Source: Candidatus Bathyarchaeota archaeon
GTDB taxonomy: Archaea > Thermoproteota > Bathyarchaeia > Bathyarchaeales > Bathycorpusculaceae
Reading direction: 5' to 3'
NCBI GenBank assembly: GCA_963720565.1
Contig: CAVRFW010000009.1
Coordinates: 256,001 to 320,000, forward strand
Length of the DNA stretch: 64,000 nucleotides
Positions 40,185 to 49,603 of the stretch are shown here, in pieces. The notes under the pieces were generated by a model. It saw only the letters and a list, made by a program, of their open reading frames with translations, was not told the DNA's origin and ran no database searches. The translations under genes were made by a program, and so were the position numbers. Position 1 is the first letter of the stretch; each line of letters begins with the position of its first letter.

Positions 40185-42052
40185 TTGACCAATAAAAACA
40201 AAGCGCTGTTCTTTTGCTCACTATTGATACTAAGCACGTTCGCACTGCCAGCAGTTATGCTTGTCCAAGCACAAGAGGAGAGTTTGTTCCAGATGACCTT
40301 GATTGTTCCCGGTCCAAATCCTTCCCGCAAAGCCTGGGCTGAAGTTATTGAAAATGCTCTAGACGAAGTCGGAATAGATGCGGATAGGGTGGAGCTAGAT
40401 TGGGACACAGTTTACGCACGCGCACTCACCCCTGATCCGTCTGTTGCAGGAAAGACCTACGCAGATGGAGGCTTCGACACATTGTTCGTCGGATACGCAA
40501 TGGGAGTAGACCCTGATCCGTACGGGTCTGTTTGACAGCAGCCAGTTTGCACCGGATGGACAAAACTATTACTTCTGGAACAACACCGAAAGCGACAGAC
40601 TCTGTCGACTAATTCAAGAAACAACTGATGAAGCTACACGCCTCGGATACGTCAAAGAATGGCAAAAACTATACCACGAGCAGGAGCCATCTGCAACAAT
40701 CCTTTATACCAAGGAAGTAGTTGCATTTGACCCAACTGTTCTCCAAGGTGACCCATTCACCATTATGCACTATCCAGCTTGGCCCAGAGTGAAAAACTGG
40801 AAACTGACTGACACAGCAACCACGACAACAATCGTTCTTGCACAGACAGGTCCAGCACCCTCAGAAGGCTTTAACCCGTTGCTGACCACATCATACTATG
40901 ACCTAACAGCATACGACAATTGCTTCGACGGCCTCGCAGAAAGAGAGAACCTGCAAACATTTGCGATGGTTCCTAATCTTGCGACAAGCTGGTCAGTTGC
41001 TTCTGATGGAAAAACATGGACAGTGGAGTTGCGTGATGGCGTAACGTGGCACGACGGAGTTGCATTCACTGCCGACGACGTCAAGTTCACTTTCGACTCG
41101 TACTTGAACGCGGACATCGGCTCGCCAATTGGATCCTTCATTGAAGGAATCATAGGCGCCAAAGAAAACGTTGAAGTTGTCGACGCAAACACAGTTGTAT
41201 TCCACCTGCCCAAAGTCTACGCCTATTTCGTTGAAGACATCTTAGCAGGCTCCATTATTCCAAAGCACGTCTTGGAAAGCGTTCCAGCTGCACAATGGAA
41301 GACACATCCATTCAACACTGCATCAGGAAGCTACACAGTAGGATCATACACGGCCTTTGGCCCAATAGGCACTGGACCATACATATACGCGGCATACGAT
41401 CCAACAACACTTTCAAACGTAATGACGAAAAACCCGAACTACTGGAACAAAGCTGCATTAGAGGCTAAAGGAGAATATGGGATAGAGACATTCTATGTTC
41501 AACAAATAGAAGACTCTGATCCAGCCATAGCCGCACTCAAAGCAGGCCAAGTCGACGTTCTTGACTCTCAATACCAGCTAAACACGAAACTGGACAGTCT
41601 TGAACCTGCATGGAGTGACTACCGCAGCTACGATGCCTTCGGAGTCCAAGAATTCGGCTTCAACATGAATCACCCAGTCTTTGGAACAGGCGTTGACACA
41701 CCGCTCGGCAAGAGCGACCCGTCAAGAGCAGCAGAAGCCGCCAAATACGTTAGACAGGCCATTAGCCACTGCATAAACAGGCAAGGCATAATAGACACAA
41801 TCGTTGCAGGCTACGGTTCTCCTGGTCTCACAACATCCATCACCAAAGTCACTGCCGGATATGACTCATCAATAGCACCCTACTCATACGATCTTGACGT
41901 TGGCAAAGTCACTGCTAGCAGCCGCTGGTTACGACACTGGAGTTGCACCGCCCGGAGGAGACTTCATCGGACAATACGGCCTATACATTGCAATCGCTGC
42001 AATCGTCGCAGTAGTCGCAGTAGCAGCAGTATACTTCGTTAAGAAGCGCTAA
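40185..42052 (+). CDS. family-5 ABC solute-binding protein (OppA/DppA-like), circularly permuted, C-terminal TM anchor; two +1 frameshifts (~40525, ~41902)
   Basis: Signal peptide; LATSW..SDGKTW...LRDGVTWHDG..FTADDV, GTGPY, VRQAI...INR; corrected end AKSLLAAAGY...IAAIVAVVAVAAVYFVKKR* (621 aa). Confidence 0.88.
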
Positions 42053-42061
42053 AAAACATCC

Positions 42062-42090
42062 TTACTTTCTTTTTTTTCTTTTTGTTTTTT
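42062..42090 (+). terminator. oligo-T terminator after the solute-binding protein gene
   Basis: Long T-rich tract directly after the stop codon. Confidence 0.6.
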
Positions 42091-42094
42091 CCGC

Positions 42095-42439
42095 TTAAAT
42101 AGCAGAAATAACTAATCCAATTAACAACAAGAACAACCCTACTACAATCAACACTTGTCCTTGTTTCTCTGATGTTTTTCGGCGTTCCTGGTTCCAAGGC
42201 TCAGAACGGAACAAAATTTCTCCAACCTTACTGACAACAGGAGAATACATAGCAACCACTCCCCCAAAAGTCAATCCTAAACCACCCTCGAGTACCAAAA
42301 TCAAGGAAACCATTGCAGTAATCTGACTCGACTCTTGCATGAAAAAAAGAACCAGCAGAAAATCGATTCCAAGAACAACAATAGAATATACAACGCATGA
42401 AACAATCAATTCTGCAGCGTGATTCAATCTATCTACCAC
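42095..42439 (-). CDS. hypothetical membrane protein (3 TM)
   Basis: Hydrophobic segments. Confidence 0.6.
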   Translation of the reverse strand: MVDRLNHAAELIVSCVVYSIVVLGIDFLLVLFFMQESSQITAMVSLILVLEGGLGLTFGGVVAMYSPVVSKVGEILFRSEPWNQERRKTSEKQGQVLIVVGLFLLLIGLVISAI

Positions 42440-42587
42440 ACCAGCTCTTGGCCAAACAACAGGCTATAATTCGGGATAGTACCGTGTGGACATATTCAAA
42501 GGTTTCAGTCTGTGTTTCAACATCCGATTTCTCTCGAAAATCATCTCTCAACAAGATTTTAATATCGGCGAATCATGAACAGAAAAC

Positions 42588-42794
42588 ATGGGAGAAACCA
42601 GAAAAAGATCAGTAGCCAAATCTGTTGTGTGGAGAATAATCTGCATCCTAGTAAGCATCGCTGTTTCATACCTTTTGACTTCAAGATGGGATATTGCCGT
42701 TGCAATCGGAAGCGTCTACAACATAATAACTATGATTCTGTACTATTTCCATGAAAGGCTGTGGAACAGCATCAAGTGGGGAAAATCCAACTAG
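42588..42794 (+). CDS. DUF2061 membrane protein
   Basis: ETRKRSVAKSVVWR...LYYFHERLW..IKWG. Confidence 0.85.
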   Translation: MGETRKRSVAKSVVWRIICILVSIAVSYLLTSRWDIAVAIGSVYNIITMILYYFHERLWNSIKWGKSN

Positions 42795-43072
42795 GATTTT
42801 GAGCCATATGAAGGAAAGCGTTGCCATTTCATTTTAGTGCTTGTCTTGCTAGTGAACGAAGTTATGGGAAAATTCACCTGGTTCAAAAACCTTTTTTAGC
42901 CTTGAAGAAGCAGTCTAGCGCGATAGAAACTTGCGCAAATCGGTAGTTTTGCGGCAGTAATTGGTGTTCTGTTGTTCTCCCTTGCCCCTTTCACGGTAAT
43001 GGATAATTCGAGTTCTCTCCGAAGCGCGCGCGGATCCAACCCTTATTAGGCACTTGGGTCACTCAAGATTGA

Positions 43073-43546
43073 GTGAACATAAAGATGGCGTCACAAAAAA
43101 TTGAGATAAAGCCAATAGGTCACGTTAGTACCAATGCTGTAGGTTCGGAAGTCAAGGATAAAACACGAGTCTCGCAAATAATCATCGATGCTGAACTGGC
43201 TGAGGCGACCCAAGGCATAGAGGGTTTTTCGCACATCTTTGTCCTTTTTTGGCTGAATCAGATTTCCAAACAGAAAAGAAAAACACTGAAGGTACATCCT
43301 CGAGGCAGAGAAGATATGCCGTTGCTGGGCGTCTTTGCCACGCGAACAAACCTCCGACCGAACCCCATCGGGCTAACACTGGTTGAACTCATCAGAGTGG
43401 AAAACAATATTCTCACTGTTCGCGGCCTGGATGCGTTCGATGGTACACCTGTATTAGATTTGAAGCCCTTCGATTCTTGGGATATGGCCAAAGAAGCTAG
43501 AATGCCCGAGTGGTGGACTAAACTAAACGAAAACAAAACACGTTAA
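43073..43546 (+). CDS. tsaA: tRNA m6t6A37 methyltransferase TrmO/TsaA
   Basis: KPIG, FSHI.VLF, GVFATR...RPNPIG, GLDAFDGTPVLDLKP. Confidence 0.9.
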   Translation: MNIKMASQKIEIKPIGHVSTNAVGSEVKDKTRVSQIIIDAELAEATQGIEGFSHIFVLFWLNQISKQKRKTLKVHPRGREDMPLLGVFATRTNLRPNPIGLTLVELIRVENNILTVRGLDAFDGTPVLDLKPFDSWDMAKEARMPEWWTKLNENKTR

Positions 43547-43575
43547 ACATCGTGCCTAAGCTTAGGGGTGCTCAG

Positions 43576-44097
43576 CTATGTCTCACTTATGTAGTATCTT
43601 CTTCCAAGCGCCAGCAGAATTTCCTTTCTGAGCTCTTCTCCCTTCAGCTCATCACTCTTAATTTTTGCCAATTCATTGACTAAGACTAAATCTTCGAATT
43701 CTCCACGTATCCAATTTTCAAAATCTTCCCTGTAGAGATGAAACTCTAACGAGGCGACGGGTGCTATTTTCAGTATTTCATAGAAACTGAGGATGCTTTC
43801 CGCGTGGAAACCATTTGGTTGATCAATATCGTTGTAAAAGTGAAATTCTTTTCCCTTTTCCACTGGAACGAAGGCTCTAAGAGCATTTCTTCCTTTTTCA
43901 GTTATTCCATACCCGCTGCCTGCTTTTCTCACTAACCCACTCTTCAAGAGTTCCTGCATCTGCTCTATTGTTTCTGTAGGAGACAAACCCACCATTCGCG
44001 CAAATCCATTCAAATCAGTCTTTGTCGTGACTTCGTTCATTACCTTAAGAACTTTCAACGATTCTTCTTTCATTAAGTATACCACACATTCAGCCAT
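43576..44097 (-). CDS. winged-helix + DUF5752-like domain protein
   Basis: wHTH (GLVRK...YGITEKG), then FHFY...SLEFHLYREDFENWI. Confidence 0.7.
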   Translation of the reverse strand: MAECVVYLMKEESLKVLKVMNEVTTKTDLNGFARMVGLSPTETIEQMQELLKSGLVRKAGSGYGITEKGRNALRAFVPVEKGKEFHFYNDIDQPNGFHAESILSFYEILKIAPVASLEFHLYREDFENWIRGEFEDLVLVNELAKIKSDELKGEELRKEILLALGRRYYISET

Positions 44098-44204
44098 TAC
44101 TATGGCATTGAACCTTAAATGTGTTAATGCAGAGAAGCCAAAGATGGAGAAGTTTTTTTAGCCGAGATTCCCTTCTAACCACTCTTGGGTATCAGGTGAA
44201 GATA

Positions 44205-44525
44205 TTGGAGAAAACATACATTATCATCCTGGTTACAGCGTCGAACAAGCAGGAAGCTGAAAAAATAGTGCAACAACTGCTTAAGGCGAAGCTCATCGCC
44301 TGCGCCAACATCATCGATTCTGTTTCGTCGATTTTTCACTGGTCTGGGAAAATTGAGAAAACCGAAGAATATCTGGTACTTATGAAATCACGCAGGGAAC
44401 TGTTTGAAGAAATAACAAAAACTGTAAAGGAACTGCACAGCTATGAAGTGCCTGAAATCTTGGCCCTTCCTTTGGTTGACGGCTCAAAAGCCTACTTTGA
44501 GTGGATGGATAGCTGCCTGAAGTAG
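44205..44525 (+). CDS. cutA: divalent-cation tolerance protein CutA
   Basis: KLIACANI...SIFHW.GKIE...ELHSYEVPEI; AGGTGA SD before the TTG. Confidence 0.92.
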   Translation: MEKTYIIILVTASNKQEAEKIVQQLLKAKLIACANIIDSVSSIFHWSGKIEKTEEYLVLMKSRRELFEEITKTVKELHSYEVPEILALPLVDGSKAYFEWMDSCLK

Positions 44526-44683
44526 CATGGAACTACCGACCGATGTTAATGCGTAGTGTGATTTTCTAACTCGGCGACTAAATATTTTCAGAAAAATCGA
44601 TTCTATACAAGCTCGGGAGAAACTCTCCAATTTGAAAACTCGTAAGAAAAACAGAGAAAAGGAGATATGCTGTATTAGTTTTC

Positions 44684-46176
44684 TTAACTTGATTGTCTGA
44701 TGGGCTGCCTTCTAGTCACTAGGACTGCAGCTACAATGACGACCGCGATGATTACTACTGCTAAAATGACTAATCCTGCAGCGCCCGCTGGGATGCTGGG
44801 GGTGCTCGACTGACTGGCGGCAATGTAGGCTGTGAAGGTGGGATCATGTTCAACCCTGTAGCCACTGTATTGTGGGTAAGCTACTGCGTAGAAGTAGTTT
44901 GCTCTACTCATGTTGGCAATTGTTGATACAGCTTTGGCGAACAATGCAGGGTACATGTGCACGACGACGGCTGGCAAGAACTTCATTAAGACCTATGTGG
45001 CAAGCGAACAAGCCTCCGTTGCCTGCGAAGCCCCCTATCTTGGTAGTTCTAGCTGTTGAATCATAAGTTTCAGATTCTGTTTCGGTTGGATCATGCCGTG
45101 TAGTTGAAAAGTTCGTAGGATTTCTTGGCTCCAAAATCAGCGCTGAAGATTTTTTCGCCGTCATCAGCGTAAGTGTCTATTGCCGTGTCTGTAACCAGTG
45201 CTTCTGCGTCGGTGACGCTTTGTCCAGATTCTGTTTCACTGTAGGTCTCATGATCAGCCATAACACTAGTTTGAAAGTTTATAATGCTCATTTCAAGGCC
45301 GTTGTTTTGGATATAGTCGTGTATGGTTTCGTCGCTAATTTTTCCGCCAAGCATACCGTATGAACCTGTGCTGTTGTAGTAAACCCAGAGTAACGGAATT
45401 ATGCCGATGAAAAGGTGCTTCATTCTTCCAATTACGTGATTCTCCTGGAGCGTTGCTGTACCTGCACTTGGGTCTATAACGAGCTTGTAAGTGAATGTTA
45501 ATTCATCGTAAACTGTTAAGCCGAGGGGCCAGCTGTTCTGGTAGCGTGGGTTACCCGGGTCTATCCATGTCCTCCACCAGAGGGCGGTCAAGTTGGTGTA
45601 CTTCATACCCCATTCCCATACAAGCTTGTCAGGCGAACTTGATAGCGGAATGGTTTCTGTTTTGCTGCTGAGGACTGGTAACGTTGCAGATAGAGCAGTG
45701 AGGTCAAATCCCAAGCTGAACGAGGCGAAGAGCACGTCGTTCTTGTCTGGCGAGTCGGGATAAAGCGAGTTTGCGGTTTCGTTGAAAGCCATTAACATTA
45801 GGAATGTGGAGGACAATATTACGTCACGGTTGTTTTCGTTGGTCTTGTAGTGCATGATGAACGATTGCATTGGTATTCGTAGGTATGCTGATTCGTCGGT
45901 GGTTATGTCTTCGAGGCCTGCATAGAGCAGTTTTACGCCGCTATTGTTTACGTAGGTCATGTACATGTTGGCATGCCACTTTTCGAAGTCCTGTGGGGTT
46001 TGTATGCCGTTTAGCGTGGCGTAAGCGCGAACATAGTCGAAGTAGTCAACTGTTTTGGCGAAACTTTCTTTTTCGAAGTCGGTTTTTACGAGTGAATCGG
46101 CTCTGGCAAGCGGAGTCAACATGCCAATGAAGGCTATTCCAATAAGCAAGATTGTAATCAAGTTTTTGTTTTTCAT
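44684..46176 (-). CDS. secreted/surface protein with C-terminal TM anchor (two +1 frameshifts ~45093, ~44987)
   Basis: Signal peptide; three ORF pieces join into 496 aa; Ser/Thr linker, TM helix, basic tail; several N-x-S/T sequons. Confidence 0.7.
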
Positions 46177-46485
46177 ATAGTGGTTCCTTCGTTATTGATA
46201 CTCTGTTCGTTTGCAGTTGGATTAGATATTTAAGAAATATGAATTCAAAATACGACTCCGAAACCCACAAAAGTCTCAGCTTAACCACTAGCCATAATAG
46301 CTTGAACTAACATCATTTTCAGTGAGGTTAGTAATACAGCACACAGTGTAGAATTGCACCTGCGGCTATTCTTAGAGAATAAAGCCGGCTCTGACATCGC
46401 CTTCATTATTGATCAATCTTTTTTTGCAGTCTTTTCTGCAAGAAGAGGTTTATGAAGTCGGTCACGAGCAAGTTAGAATCATCCT

Positions 46486-47139
46486 GTGGAACAGAATAGA
46501 CAAAAATTTCCCGGAAAGGACTGTGAACAAAAGACAATGCGTAACAAACTGTATCCGAGTGAGTATCTAGCTCTCCTCACGATGAAGTATGATGTTGACT
46601 CCGACATGTTTTTCAACGCTTTGGTTTCAGCTTGGAAAGACGGAAAAGCTGAATGTGGAAATCTATTAGTAGAATGTCGCAGTAAACAGAGTCACAAAGT
46701 AACCCTTCTCATAACGCAAGATTCAAAGGTTATTGCCCAATTCAAAATTCCTGAGGAATTCTTTTCGAAACCGAAGAATCCGCTCAAAGGAGTAAAGGCT
46801 GCTTACATGACAGAGAAGTACACAAGCAAGAAACTAAAGATAGCTCAGTCTTTTCAGATAAAGGATTTGCGAGTTGGGATGAAGAAAGTGAAGCTTGAAG
46901 CCAAGGTGGTGGAAGTCTCAAAGCCGAGGTATGTAGTCACACGGTTTGGGAACTGTGCCAGCGTGGCTAACGCCATGGTTTCAGACGACACAGGCAAAAT
47001 AAAATTGTGCCTGTGGAACGATCAGATAAGCTCCATCGCCGTTGGCGACACTGTGCAGATAGAAAACGCAAGCATCTCGGCGTTCAAAAATGAAAGACAG
47101 CTGCGAGTTGGCAAGAACGGCGTACTCAGAATCGCCTAA
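46486..47139 (+). CDS. OB-fold (RPA/SSB-like) protein with an unassigned N-terminal domain
   Basis: IKDLRVGMKKV.LEAKV...VSDDTGKIKLCLWNDQI...GDTVQIENA; start may be ATG 46537. Confidence 0.8.
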   Translation: MEQNRQKFPGKDCEQKTMRNKLYPSEYLALLTMKYDVDSDMFFNALVSAWKDGKAECGNLLVECRSKQSHKVTLLITQDSKVIAQFKIPEEFFSKPKNPLKGVKAAYMTEKYTSKKLKIAQSFQIKDLRVGMKKVKLEAKVVEVSKPRYVVTRFGNCASVANAMVSDDTGKIKLCLWNDQISSIAVGDTVQIENASISAFKNERQLRVGKNGVLRIA

Positions 47140-47175
47140 GAAAGCACCTCTCAAAAAAGTATACCTATAGCAAAG

Positions 47176-47182
47176 TTTTATA
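47176..47182 (+). promoter_or_regulatory. TATA box of the SRP RNA gene
   Basis: TTTTATA about 25 nt upstream of the SRP RNA 5' end. Confidence 0.6.
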
Positions 47183-47206
47183 GTTTTGATTTTGCTCTTA
47201 GCTCTT

Positions 47207-47526
47207 GGCGGTGGGTCTTAGGCGGTGGGGTAGGGGTCCATTGTACCGTAAACCCTCTATATGACGGGCTGACATCTGTGGATGAGGCGTCAAAGGCCGT
47301 CTGGGTCTTCCTTTCCGAAACATTGACTATCCGTCCTTTGGGGCTGGCGGTCTGTGAGCGGTTTCCGTAGGGGAACCGATTTCATTGTTTGCCAGGCGAA
47401 CCCGGCTAGGCTCGGGAGAGAGCAACCTAAGTCTGGACGTTTAGCGCTCAAGGGGATGCGGGTAAGAGCGTAGGGTTGGAAGGTGCTTGGCGGAGTCTAG
47501 GCGTCAAACCACTGTGATCCACCGCT
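47207..47526 (+). ncRNA. ffs: archaeal SRP (7S) RNA
   Basis: Terminal helix GCGGTGGGTC/GATCCACCGC; helix-8 motif CCCGGCTAGGCTC-GGGA-GAGAGCAACC; helix 6 CGGTTTCC-GTAG-GGGAACCG; ~320 nt; T-rich 3' flank. Confidence 0.9.
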
Positions 47527-47699
47527 ACTTTTCCTTTCAAGAGACTGCAATCTTCGGAATAGCACTGATGCTTCTTCAATACTCTGCATCTGACCAAAAA
47601 TATTTTTGTTTAAATGGTTGTTAGATTGAATACTAGAGGTAATGCTTTTATGACCTTGCATTACTGAATTCTATACCTCAAAAAAGCGTGGTGAAATGA

Positions 47700-47933
47700 A
47701 TGAATGAATCAATCGTAAAGAAAGTGCAGGACGTTCTTGAAGAGATAAAGCCGCAAATTCAAGCCGATGGCGGAGATATTGAACTCGTGTCTGTTGAAAA
47801 CGGCACTGCCAAAGTTCGATTGAAAGGCGCATGCGCAGGATGCCCAATGTCGGCCTTAACCCTCAAACAAGGCGTCGAGCGCATTATCAAAGCCAAAATC
47901 CCTGAAATACAAAAAGTAGAAGCAGTCCAATAG
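47700..47933 (+). CDS. NifU C-terminal domain protein
   Basis: PQIQADGGDIELV...GACAGCPMS..TLKQG. Confidence 0.92.
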   Translation: MNESIVKKVQDVLEEIKPQIQADGGDIELVSVENGTAKVRLKGACAGCPMSALTLKQGVERIIKAKIPEIQKVEAVQ

Positions 47934-48033
47934 ATAACCGAGAAATAGCGCCAAGCTAAAATATAGCTTGCCTTTTCTTGCTATCTCCATCGTTTTCTCT
48001 TAACGTCCTTTGATTGTATCTCCCGCGAAATAT

Positions 48034-48807
48034 CTAAGCTCTATGGTCGTTTCTCCGACTTCTTCTCGATGCCCAACAGCTCTTGCAGTATACAGGCCTG
48101 TCGGGTGCTGGTTTGAAAGGTACCTTGCAAGGACTGCCACACTTGCTGCAAACCGTGGCGTGTTTTCCGTTACCCTCATTTTGGATTGATTTGAAGAGGC
48201 TGTACCGTTTAAGTCTTGGCCAGCCGGTTTTTGCATATTTGAGCATTCCCGGGTTTGCTTTCAGCCAGCGCATCATGTGAAAGAAGCTTTTTCCTCTTTT
48301 TGTTTCGCGCTCTTCCAGTGGCTCGTAACCTAAGTTGCGTATTTCATCCAAATAAGCTATCTCCACGAGTCTCTGGGTTTCGCCGACGACTTTGATGCGC
48401 TTTACTTTGTCTTCGCCGTAAGTCTCTCTCAGTTTCTCCACAGCTACGTCAAATATGCAGCCCTGACAAATGTGTATCTCCTCTTCAGGGCTTACAGCAA
48501 ATTTGGCAACGAGGTTGGAAACTACTCTCTTGGATTCCTGCAGATACTCCTTCTCACTAAAAAGTTCAGGCTGATAAAACCGCACATCGATAAGATCGTA
48601 CTTGAATTCACTGGTCTCTTGGCGGTAGGCACCTACTACAACTCCGAAAAGCAAGTCACCGCTGCCCGCGTCATCTACGATAATTGTCAACGCACGCGCA
48701 TCCTTTTCGAGTTCAATGGTTATAGACGTATAAAAACAGTATTCCTGAGATTGTGCAAACTTGAAGCCGAATTCACTTAATTTGGCTTCGGTCGCCTTTA
48801 AGTTCAA
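48034..48807 (-). CDS. RNase H-like-fold protein fused to a CxxC-x17-CxxC domain
   Basis: IIVDDAGSGDLLFGVVVG resembles the first RNase HII motif; C-terminal CSKCG..CKVPFKP...RPVYCKSC. Confidence 0.55.
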   Translation of the reverse strand: MNLKATEAKLSEFGFKFAQSQEYCFYTSITIELEKDARALTIIVDDAGSGDLLFGVVVGAYRQETSEFKYDLIDVRFYQPELFSEKEYLQESKRVVSNLVAKFAVSPEEEIHICQGCIFDVAVEKLRETYGEDKVKRIKVVGETQRLVEIAYLDEIRNLGYEPLEERETKRGKSFFHMMRWLKANPGMLKYAKTGWPRLKRYSLFKSIQNEGNGKHATVCSKCGSPCKVPFKPAPDRPVYCKSCWASRRSRRNDHRA

Positions 48808-49086
48808 TGAAATGCCTTGAACTTGTCAGTTTATATGCAAACTGTTAATGGTCCAGAATCTCTGTATCCATAGTTCAGAATGACAGTTTAGAATGACGGC
48901 CATGAGGTTTGCCTGATTTCCAGATAGCAAGTGTTAAGCTTACTTTCTTTCTGCAAAAATGGACCCGTTTTCGGAAAAGGAGCTTGAATTGTTGGTTTCT
49001 GTTACTGCGATTATGTATAATTTAATGTGTTCTTCTCGAATGTCTAGTTCACTATTTCAAAGTTGATGTTCAAACCATTTATATAT

Positions 49087-49102
49087 GCGCTATGCATAGT
49101 GC
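49087..49102 (+). promoter_or_regulatory. candidate NrdR box GCGCTATGCATAGTGC
   Basis: 16-bp near-palindrome directly after the TATA (TTTATATAT, 49078-49086) upstream of nrdR; fits the CwAT..ATwGtg pattern. Confidence 0.5.
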
Positions 49103-49147
49103 CTACATTATCTTTGTAAACACTACAGCAAAACGGGAAGACGATCG

Positions 49148-49603
49148 GTGGAGAAAGTGAAGTGTCCGTATTGCGGGTCTGAGGAATTCAAAACTTTGGA
49201 AACACGCGATTCCTTAGAGAACACTACGCGAAGACGTAAAGAATGCGTCAAATGCGGAAAACGTTTCACCACTTACGAGTATGTGGAAACAGTTGAGCTG
49301 ATGGTCAGGAAGAAAGACGGTAAGCTGGAGCGCTTCGACGTTAACAAGTTGATTAGAGGACTACAGAAAGCCTGCGAGAAAAGACCCGTAACCATGGATC
49401 AAATCCACGAGTTAGCTGATAGCGTTAGACAAGACTTGATGCTGAAAGGCAAAGAAGAGATTACATCTCACGAAATAGGTGACTTAGTCATGAAATACCT
49501 AAAAAACTTGGACCGTATAGCGTATATTCGATTCGCTTCTGTGTATAAACAGTTTGAGGAACCTGAGGACTTTAAGCGATTACTTCTTGAGGTGAAAAAA
49601 TGA
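49148..49603 (+). CDS. nrdR: transcriptional repressor NrdR
   Basis: CPYC...TRRRKEC..CGKRFTTYE zinc ribbon + ATP cone, AYIRFASVY. Confidence 0.95.
   Translation: MEKVKCPYCGSEEFKTLETRDSLENTTRRRKECVKCGKRFTTYEYVETVELMVRKKDGKLERFDVNKLIRGLQKACEKRPVTMDQIHELADSVRQDLMLKGKEEITSHEIGDLVMKYLKNLDRIAYIRFASVYKQFEEPEDFKRLLLEVKK

Noticed and set aside
45091..45093. TGA ending the 361-aa ORF as possible selenocysteine or readthrough
   Set aside because: The protein continues in a different frame, so this is an insertion rather than recoding.
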